The translations under genes and the position numbers were made by a program. From a bacterium (GTDB lineage Bacteria > SZUA-182 > DTGQ01 > JAFGSM01): a stretch of DNA of 34,424 nt. Under the pieces are notes generated by a model. It made no database searches and was not told where the DNA came from. It was given only the letters and a program-made list of their open reading frames with translations. The DNA is taken from contig JBLIRP010000038.1 of assembly GCA_049472355.1 (NCBI GenBank), positions 1 to 34,424 of the forward strand. Direction: 5' to 3'. This document shows positions 27,831 to 34,424 of this stretch, piece after piece; position 1 is the stretch's first letter, and each line of letters begins with the position of its first letter.

Positions 27831-28652
27831 ATGGTTTCAAAAAGGGCAAATCATCTGTTTTTTATTGGTATTATGGTTCTCATTGTATCACTCTCGTTAT
27901 GCCTGCCCAGTGCCCACGGGCAATGGGGCTACGGATATCCCCAGTATGGGTATGGACCCCAGTACGGCTACGGATATCCCCAGTATGGGTATGGGTACGG
28001 ACCTCAGTACGGGTACGGATATGGCTACCCGCGCCAGGGATATGGCTATCCCCAGTATGGCTATCCCCAGTATGGCTATCCCCAGTATGGCTATCCCCAG
28101 TATGGCTATCCGCAGTATGGCTATCCGCAGTATGGCTATCCGCAGTACGGCTATCCGCAGTACGGCTATCCTCAGTACGGCTACCCTCAGTACGGCTATC
28201 CCCAGTCCGGCTACCCTCAGTACGGCTACCCCCAGTACGGATACCCTCAGTACGGCTACCCCCAGTACGGATACCCTCAGTACGGCTACCCTCAGTACGG
28301 CTACCAGTACCCATACACCACCCCGCAGTATGAAGACGCCGATCTTGATCTGGATTCTGCAGACAATGGAGACGACTTCACCGTGGACGTAGGGGACACC
28401 ATCAGTATCATACTCTCGTCGAACCAACCCTCGGGCTATCAATGGGTGCTCGACACCGGTGATCTCGATGACGATATCGTCGACAAGGACAGCTCCCAAT
28501 ATTTCCCCGCCTATAATATATACACAGGCGGAACCGAACAGTGGATCTTCGAGGCGAAGGACGTCGGCACCACCACTATTAAGCTGGAATATATGTATGG
28601 ATTGTATACGGTCCAGAGCACCTTCGAGGTGGAGATCACCGTTGAGGAATAG
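27831..28652 (+). CDS. Secreted YGYPQ-repeat protein with C-terminal chagasin/I42-like Ig domain
   Basis: SD GAGGAGGT before ATG 27831; signal peptide ...PSAHG|QW; Y/G/P/Q tract; acidic domain DNG...[18 protein letters not shown]...[10 protein letters not shown]...GTTTIKLEY. Confidence 0.9.
   Translation: MVSKRANHLFFIGIMVLIVSLSLCLPSAHGQWGYGYPQYGYGPQYGYGYPQYGYGYGPQYGYGYGYPRQGYGYPQYGYPQYGYPQYGYPQYGYPQYGYPQYGYPQYGYPQYGYPQYGYPQYGYPQSGYPQYGYPQYGYPQYGYPQYGYPQYGYPQYGYQYPYTTPQYEDADLDLDSADNGDDFTVDVGDTISIILSSNQPSGYQWVLDTGDLDDDIVDKDSSQYFPAYNIYTGGTEQWIFEAKDVGTTTIKLEYMYGLYTVQSTFEVEITVEE
28041..28295 (+). repeat. 15-bp coding tandem repeat x17 (YGYPQ)
   Basis: TA(T/C)GG(C/A)TA(T/C)CC(C/G/T)CAG units; all differences are synonymous except one Tyr-to-Ser change at 28206. 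Confidence 0.95.
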
Positions 28653-28746
28653 ACTATGGGCGTGCATGGGATAGACTGAAGGATAGAGTAAACCTTGAAG
28701 TGAGAGGGAGATCCCATCCCCGGGAATGGGGCGCTATAATCCAGGG

Positions 28747-29529
28747 TTATGAATTCGATCCCTCTTTGAACACCGCCGCAACCGGGGCATGATCGGAGGG
28801 GAGCTTGCCCTTGCGCTCCCCTCTGTCTATCTCCGCAGAAAATAGGCGATGTGTCATGGGTCCGGTGGCGAGAAGGTGGTCGATGCGGAGACCGTCGTTC
28901 TTGGGAAAGGCGAGCATCCGGTAATCCCACCAGGAAAAGACCCCTCCCTCGGGGTGGGCTGTGCGCACCAGGTCCACCAGACCCCATTCGCAAATCCTCC
29001 GGAACGCCCTCCGGCCGTCATCGTGGCACAAGACGGTGTTGCGCCATGACTCCGGGTTCGCCACGTCCTTGTCATCGGGGGCGATATTGAAATCCCCGCA
29101 CAGCACCAGGTTTTCCGCAGGATCGGCATGCGTGTCCAGGTAGGTGCGGAGCCGGTTCATCCACGCCAGCTTGTACTCCCACTTATCGGAGCCCACCGTG
29201 CCCCCATTCGGGACATAGACGGAGGCGACCCGCACATCCCCGATCCGACATGCGATGAAGCGTGCCTGGGACTCGTCCCCCTCATCCTGGAAGCTGCGCT
29301 CCACATGCATAGGTTCATGAGGTGACAGGATGGCGACCCCGTTGTAGGTCTTCTGTCCCCGCACCACTGCCCGATATCCTGCCTCCTGGAGAGGCAGGAG
29401 CGGGAATGCGTCTTCCTCTGCCTTAAGCTCCTGGAGACACATGACATCCGGCTTGTTCTTATCCAGCCAGCGAAGAAGACGCTCCAGTCGGGAGCGAATG
29501 GAATTGACGTTCCATGTGGCGATCTTCAT
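28747..29529 (-). CDS. xth: Exodeoxyribonuclease III (AP endonuclease)
   Basis: MKIATWNVNSIR, CLQELK, YNGVAIL, SVYVPNG, GDFNIAP, SWWDYR, GLRIDH, SDHAPV. Confidence 0.96.
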   Translation of the reverse strand: MKIATWNVNSIRSRLERLLRWLDKNKPDVMCLQELKAEEDAFPLLPLQEAGYRAVVRGQKTYNGVAILSPHEPMHVERSFQDEGDESQARFIACRIGDVRVASVYVPNGGTVGSDKWEYKLAWMNRLRTYLDTHADPAENLVLCGDFNIAPDDKDVANPESWRNTVLCHDDGRRAFRRICEWGLVDLVRTAHPEGGVFSWWDYRMLAFPKNDGLRIDHLLATGPMTHRLFSAEIDRGERKGKLPSDHAPVAAVFKEGSNS

Positions 29530-29545
29530 TACAGGGACCTGCCTT

Positions 29546-30340
29546 TCAAAAATCGATGATGAGCGAGGTCAGGAATGTGGCATCCGTATGTTTTTCTACG
29601 TCTACGGGCGTGAGATTCTGATAGGACAGGGTGTAGCTGACCCCCAGGGATATGTGTCTGTTCACCGCTACGCTCAGTGAGGATTCGGAATCGATGAAGT
29701 ATTTCTTGCTCTGTTCGGTCGAGACCAGGTACTCCAGGATCTGCTTGAACCTGAGATTCTCCGAGATCTGCCATTTGTAGTCCATCTGCGCCTTGGGCGA
29801 CACGTAGGAGTCGGTGTGCCCGGTGCCGTCATATCGGTCGAAGTGGTAGAGGGAGGAAAGCAGGGACTTCAGCCGGTGCTCATCCGTGGTGATGAGGTCA
29901 TACCCTAATCCGGGTCCTCCGGATGTCCGGTAATCGTACCCGGAAAACTTGTCCTCCATATAGTTTGCTGACAGGAACCAGAAGAAACGCTCGGTGAATG
30001 TCCGCTCCCATCGGCCGTCCACGGACCACTTGTTCTGCGTTTCCACGTCGTTGTCCTCTCCGTACAGGACATTCCCCTTGATGAAGTACCGGTTTGACTC
30101 CCCCTCCCTGGAAGCGTCCGCCTTTGCGGAGAGGGCTATGGTATCGGTGTTCCCCATGGTATTCACGTAGGATAATTCCATGTGCTTCTCCCACAAGCGC
30201 TTCCCCGCTTCCCCCTCGGTTGCCGTGATGGCGGGTGCTGCCACGAGCAGTCCAAGGCAGGCAAGGATTGCGACCACCCGGGCAATGGTCTTCAATCCCC
30301 GTCCCCTGAGCGGTTTCAAACAGCTTACCCATACGGTCAT
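29546..30340 (-). CDS. DUF481 (YdiY-like) outer-membrane beta-barrel protein
   Basis: Signal peptide; ELSYVNTMGNTDT; EDKFSGYDYR..GGPGLGY; beta-strand pattern and terminal Phe (SLIIDF). Confidence 0.88.
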   Translation of the reverse strand: MTVWVSCLKPLRGRGLKTIARVVAILACLGLLVAAPAITATEGEAGKRLWEKHMELSYVNTMGNTDTIALSAKADASREGESNRYFIKGNVLYGEDNDVETQNKWSVDGRWERTFTERFFWFLSANYMEDKFSGYDYRTSGGPGLGYDLITTDEHRLKSLLSSLYHFDRYDGTGHTDSYVSPKAQMDYKWQISENLRFKQILEYLVSTEQSKKYFIDSESSLSVAVNRHISLGVSYTLSYQNLTPVDVEKHTDATFLTSLIIDF

Positions 30341-30408
30341 GATCAATGATCCCCCCTTGTGTGCAATATGGGATCGTCGAGGCGATCCCTGTCACGGTTA
30401 CCTTAGCC

Positions 30409-30535
30409 CTATTCGATTTTCCTGAACATCCCTCCCTTTGCCCCGCGCACCGGGCAGGAATCAGAGGCCTCTCTCTCGGCGGTATACCCGTACAGCGGCG
30501 AATGCCTCCTTGAGGTATTCCTCTGTCTTGGACAT
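30409..30535 (-). pseudogene. Rubrerythrin remnant with large internal deletion
   Basis: SD GGGGAGGG then MSKTEEYLKEAFA (rubrerythrin N-terminus), joined out of frame to YGYTAEREASDSCPVRGAKGGMFRKIE* (degenerate rubredoxin-like C-terminus, CGY...CPVCGA). Confidence 0.75.
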
Positions 30536-30639
30536 ACATTTCCCTCCCCTTGTTTTTTATGTTCGATATGAGGGTTGTCAGGTATCGTCATCCCTATCTT
30601 AACCATGAACCCCGGCCGCTGCAAGGGGGGTGAGCCAAT

Positions 30640-31995
30640 TCACCCCGGGGAGATTGAAAAATCCCTCCCTGCGTAGGCATCCGCATCGAATTTCCTGGAG
30701 AGCCCCTTCGCGTTCATATACCTGACCGTGCCGAAGATTTTCCGCTCTTGCCACGGCCTGTCGTGTTTTCCGAGGCACCATGCCACCCCGGCATATCCAT
30801 TCGGGTCCCTTCCGTCGAGCTCGTATCTGTTGTTCAGGTAAACGGCCCGGTCAAAGGCCTCCTCAGGACTCGCGCACCATTCCAGTATTTTTTTCCCCCA
30901 GTACATCCGCATGTACCCATGCATCTTTCCCGTGATCGTCATCTCCCGCTGGGCAGCGTTCCAATATGGATCATGTGTCGCGGCAGCCTCCAACTCATCA
31001 AGGGTATAGGCGTACTCCCGGGGATCATTCGCGTGCCTCAGCAGGGTCATCTGCGCCCATTCGGGGAGCCCCTTGAATGATGCATATCGGTCATTGTACC
31101 GGACGTAGTTGACGGCGAGCTCGCGCCTGATGATAAGCTCCTCCAGATAGGCCTCCCGCCCCGGACTCTCGGTTTCGCGCACCTTGAGCGCGATATCAAG
31201 GGGGGAGATCTGCCCGAAGTGCAGGTAGGGGCTCATGTGGGAGAGGTAATCAACCGTGGGGTCATTCCGAAGCTCGTGAAACCGGTCCAGCTTGCCGTTA
31301 ATGAACGTATCGAGGCGCTGTTGTGCCTCCCTCGTGCCGCCGTGAAAGGTGTTCACCCTGCCCACGCTGCGATCAACATCGAGGCCGGAGAGCACCCGGT
31401 CAATGTCGGCAAGGTCGAGGGACTCGACCTGCAGGTCCAGCGAACTTCGCTTGGGGTTTTGCTCCTCGACGGGAACGAGGAAGGTTTCGAGGTACCTGCT
31501 GATCTTGGGCCGTATGGTGGATGCGGCATACTCCTCCTTGGGGGAGGCGACCTCCACCGGGATCACCACGTCCGATTCCACCTGCATGCAGGGGCAGGCC
31601 ACCCGGTCCGCCACGTATCTTCGCCACTCCCGCTGGATCTTCAGGTATCCCCGGTCGCACGCGACCAGGGATGCCTCTTTTGCCAATTCCACCGCACCCA
31701 TCTCGGGGGAGGTGAGCCGGATGACCATCAGTATCCCGCGTTCCCTTAAGGAGTTCTGCACCTCCCTGAGCCCCTCCAGCATGAAGGAGTAGTGTCGCTC
31801 ATTTGCATCGGGGAACCGGGGGGTGATCCCGAAGAAGACCAGGAGGGGAAGTCTCCGCTTATCGGCCTGCCGAATGGCAAATTCCAGGGCGTGATTCTGC
31901 TCGGCCCTCTGGGATGCCTGCATCCAGTAGAGCACGTAACGCCCCTTGCGCACCCTGCTGGGATTCAGGTGCCGGACCCGTTCCTCATGTATCAT
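30640..31995 (-). CDS. phr: Class II CPD DNA photolyase
   Basis: YVLYWMQ..QRAEQNHAL, SHMSPYLHFGQIS, YLEELIIRRELA.N, THDPYWNAAQ, GKMHGYMRMYWGKKILEW, DGRDPNGYAG. SD AGGAGG before ATG 31995. Confidence 0.95.
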   Translation of the reverse strand: MIHEERVRHLNPSRVRKGRYVLYWMQASQRAEQNHALEFAIRQADKRRLPLLVFFGITPRFPDANERHYSFMLEGLREVQNSLRERGILMVIRLTSPEMGAVELAKEASLVACDRGYLKIQREWRRYVADRVACPCMQVESDVVIPVEVASPKEEYAASTIRPKISRYLETFLVPVEEQNPKRSSLDLQVESLDLADIDRVLSGLDVDRSVGRVNTFHGGTREAQQRLDTFINGKLDRFHELRNDPTVDYLSHMSPYLHFGQISPLDIALKVRETESPGREAYLEELIIRRELAVNYVRYNDRYASFKGLPEWAQMTLLRHANDPREYAYTLDELEAAATHDPYWNAAQREMTITGKMHGYMRMYWGKKILEWCASPEEAFDRAVYLNNRYELDGRDPNGYAGVAWCLGKHDRPWQERKIFGTVRYMNAKGLSRKFDADAYAGRDFSISPG

Positions 31996-32085
31996 GTTTT
32001 CCTCCTGCATTGGATGCCGCTCGGGGTATCCTCCCTGTGTCCAAAACCACCCGTAATGCCACCGCAAGGATGCGTAATCTCTCTG

Positions 32086-32246
32086 GGTTTAATTCCCCGA
32101 AGCTTGCTTCGATAAAAAAATATTTTTGCACGAGATACCCCGCAGCGTGCTGCGGGGAGGGTTCATTCTGTGTGGGCTTGATTCCCCGCCCCTCGGCGCG
32201 ATCCAAAAAAATTGTTTTAGTGTCCCGCTGCTCGCTCGGGGCAGTC
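32086..32246. repeat. Two tandem REP-like palindromic units (copies 2 and 3)
   Basis: GGTTTAATTCCCCGAAGCTTGCTTCG...ATACCCCGCAGCGTGCTGCGGGGAGG and GGCTTGATTCCCCGCCCCTCGGCGCG...GTCCCGCTGCTCGCTCGGGGCAG. Confidence 0.65.
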
Positions 32247-32283
32247 TATGGTACGAATACCTTTTCGATGTGCAGCGAGTGTA

Positions 32284-33216
32284 TCAGATGATCCCGCATC
32301 CGTGCAAAAAGGAGGAGACATCACGCCAGAAGATATCCCAGTCCGGCGGGCAGTCATTGTGGTTGCATTCGTAGGTGATCATGGTGGCGTCCTTGGCGGC
32401 GCGGTACAGGGAAATTCCGTGGCGGTAGGGAACAATGGTGTCGCGGCTTCCGTGGATGATCAGGATGGGGCCGTTATAAGAAGATACCACGGGGAGGTTG
32501 TCGAAGGTATCCCTCACCAGGAAGCCGGGGGCAAGGAATCGCCTGGCGAATGATCGCGCGCTCGTGAAGGTGGACATGAGGATGAGGGCCGCGGAGGGCC
32601 TTTTGGCGGCGAGCGCGCACACCGCCCCGCCGCCCAACGAGCGGCCGAGGAGGACGATCCTGGACGCATCGACATCCGGGCGTGCAGCAAGGGCATCGTA
32701 GGCCGCGATGAAGGTATCCGTGATACTGTTCTGGTCGGGTGTCCCCCGTGAGCGGCCGTACCCCGGATACTCCACGAGCAGGAGGCGGAGTCCCATGCGG
32801 GTGAATTGATCGAGGGTCTGCGGCCAGAAGTCGATGAGCTCGGCATTGCCATGGGCGAAGATCACCGCAGGTGCGGGTGCTCCGGGGTCTCCCCCGGCAG
32901 GCGGCAGATACCATGCCTCCACCGGTCCCTCTGGGGTGTCAAGCCGCATCGTTTCGATCCCTGCCCGCCCCTTTTCCGTGTCTGTCGGTTGCGGGATCAG
33001 GTAGCGGGGGTACATGATACGTCGCTGCAGGAAAAACAGGGTGCAGCAGTAGACAAGGTAGAAGCAGGATATGACGATCGCGATGTTCAGGAGCGCACTC
33101 AACAGTCTTCCCCTCCGTTGTGTCGCCGGTGTGCGGTCAGGATCGGGTGCATGCGGGGTGTTCCCGATTTCTCTGAAGCCGTTGGCCGTATCATTGCCGA
33201 GCATGTCTTTCTTCAC
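32284..33216 (-). CDS. Membrane-anchored alpha/beta hydrolase (ABHD13/BEM46-like)
   Basis: TM helix then QRRIMYP, IFAHGNAE, EYPGYGRSRG, nucleophile elbow GRSLGG, IIHGSRD, HND. Confidence 0.9.
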   Translation of the reverse strand: MKKDMLGNDTANGFREIGNTPHAPDPDRTPATQRRGRLLSALLNIAIVISCFYLVYCCTLFFLQRRIMYPRYLIPQPTDTEKGRAGIETMRLDTPEGPVEAWYLPPAGGDPGAPAPAVIFAHGNAELIDFWPQTLDQFTRMGLRLLLVEYPGYGRSRGTPDQNSITDTFIAAYDALAARPDVDASRIVLLGRSLGGGAVCALAAKRPSAALILMSTFTSARSFARRFLAPGFLVRDTFDNLPVVSSYNGPILIIHGSRDTIVPYRHGISLYRAAKDATMITYECNHNDCPPDWDIFWRDVSSFLHGCGII

Positions 33217-33306
33217 AGCCGGATGCCATACATGGCATCGATTGCCCTTTGGTTTATCAGGAACTGCAACCGCAGCACTACGGTCGCTGAGGTGATCGGA
33301 TACGCA

Positions 33307-34029
33307 TCAAATCAACAGGACGTCCACCAGGAGAAGCTCTGTTTCCTCGTCCGCCTTTATATTCAAGTCGAACTCCTCGTATATCCGGGCAGCGGCGAGG
33401 GGGGGAAGACGGTGGCCGTTTACCCGCACCGCGCCTCCCTCCAGGACATACAGGTATACCCCGTGCTGCTTCCCGATCCGATGACGCACCATCCTTTTCG
33501 GCTCCAGAAAGGCGGAAAACACCTGGGCCAGGGAGAGTATCGGAAGGGCGCCCTTGTGTTCGTTGGATACGAGGGGAAACAGTTGGTTCGTGCGCTCCGG
33601 CCGCGCGACCATCTTCTGCTGAACCGCTGGATCATGACCCGGCTCGGAGGGGAAGAACCACATCTGAATAAATCGCATGGGGACGTCCGCACGGTTATTG
33701 ATCTCAGCGTGATGCATGCCCCTGCCCACCGTGGTGTGCTGCACCCCTCCCTTGGTGAGTATTCCGCCCTTACCGTGATCATCCTCATGGCGGAACTCCC
33801 CCTCCACGCAGTAGGTGACCACCTCGATCTCCCGGTGGGGGTGAAGGGGCCATACGGCGCCGGGGGAGAGGGTGTCGTCGTTGAATACGCGCAGCGTGCC
33901 GAAGTAAACATTTTCAGGATCGCGGTACTCGCCGAAGGAGAAGTGCCATCGCCCGGAAAAGGTGCCGTTTTTGATGTCACCCTTGGTCTGATATATCTCC
34001 TCAGGCATTCGTATGTGGATCATGGTCAC
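33307..34029 (-). CDS. Pirin-family (bicupin) protein
   Basis: HFSFGEY, FGTLRVFNDD, HPHREIEVVTY, H.D, GGVQHTTVGRGMHHAE, FIQMW. Confidence 0.93.
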   Translation of the reverse strand: MTMIHIRMPEEIYQTKGDIKNGTFSGRWHFSFGEYRDPENVYFGTLRVFNDDTLSPGAVWPLHPHREIEVVTYCVEGEFRHEDDHGKGGILTKGGVQHTTVGRGMHHAEINNRADVPMRFIQMWFFPSEPGHDPAVQQKMVARPERTNQLFPLVSNEHKGALPILSLAQVFSAFLEPKRMVRHRIGKQHGVYLYVLEGGAVRVNGHRLPPLAAARIYEEFDLNIKADEETELLLVDVLLI

Positions 34030-34063
34030 ACTATCCTGAAGGTTATGCCGCGGTAATGGAAAA

Positions 34064-34423
34064 CTACACTAGGACCTCTTCCTGTTCCACGGGCAGCAGG
34101 CATTCCGTTGACGATCCCAGGCTTGCCAGCAGCGTTCGGGCGCTTTCCAGCTTCCTCTCCAGGTCCGTATCCGAATGATCGGGGTCCTGGTGAAAGAGGT
34201 AGAGCCTTCGAACCCCGGCGTCGTGGGCGAGTTTTGCCACCTGGCTTACGCAGGAATGCCCCCAGTTGACCTTCTTCGTGTATTCCTCGTCAAAATAGGT
34301 GGCGTCATGGATCAGAATGTCGGCATCCTTGATAAAATCGATCAATTGTTCACGCACGCTCTCAATATAATATTCCGACTCAGGAAGATAGAGCTCGTTG
34401 TCGGTGACGTAGCAGAATGATCG
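34064..34423 (-). CDS. Metallo-beta-lactamase-fold hydrolase, C-terminal part (RNase Z/phosphodiesterase-like; 5' end outside window)
   Basis: Frame open to the window edge: SFCYVTDNE, DILIHDATY, WGHS, LYLFHQDP. Confidence 0.85.
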   Translation of the reverse strand, partial: RSFCYVTDNELYLPESEYYIESVREQLIDFIKDADILIHDATYFDEEYTKKVNWGHSCVSQVAKLAHDAGVRRLYLFHQDPDHSDTDLERKLESARTLLASLGSSTECLLPVEQEEVLV

Positions 34424-34424
34424 T

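Noticed and set aside
28041..28295. Short tandem repeats as a CRISPR array
   Set aside because: No unique spacers; the 15-bp units are in-frame codons with synonymous variation; no cas genes.
27824..28667. Alternative-frame and antisense repetitive ORFs over the YGYPQ gene
   Set aside because: Stop-free by-products of the repeat; only the YGYPQ frame has an SD, signal peptide, synonymous-site variation and a folded domain.
32806..34056. 416-aa plus-strand ORF
   Set aside because: Antisense shadow of the pirin and hydrolase genes in GC-rich DNA; no motifs.

Overview
Bacterial window with three zones. (1) 1-15.8 kb: the 3' part of a modular LTD/PKD-GH13-starch-binding amylase, a zinc-ribbon TM2 protein, an apparently exported TPR-CHAT (caspase-like) protease tightly coupled to a multi-TM/propeller protein, a GAF sigma54 activator, and a convergent operon. 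That operon encodes a CHASE2 class III cyclase with non-canonical D/R base-selecting residues, a FecR-TPR-outer-membrane barrel receptor and a 75-aa Cys-rich protein. (2) 15.8-28.7 kb: a long ORF-poor stretch, then secreted proteins (LVIVD propellers, an orphan subtilase-prodomain-like module, a chagasin-like Ig domain) that carry Tyr/Gly/Pro/Ser/Gln/Trp-rich low-complexity tracts, including 17 tandem YGYPQ units. Three have a predicted mature N-terminus of Gln-aromatic. (3) 28.7-34.4 kb: a visibly more GC-rich minus-strand run (xth, DUF481 barrel, class II photolyase, alpha/beta hydrolase, pirin, MBL hydrolase). Several deletion or frameshift remnants (rubrerythrin, DUF364, LVIVD, I42 tail), REP-like palindromes and a MITE-like element are present. 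No rRNA, tRNA, CRISPR array, transposase or integrase was recognised. All domain calls come from motif recognition by eye, not database searches.
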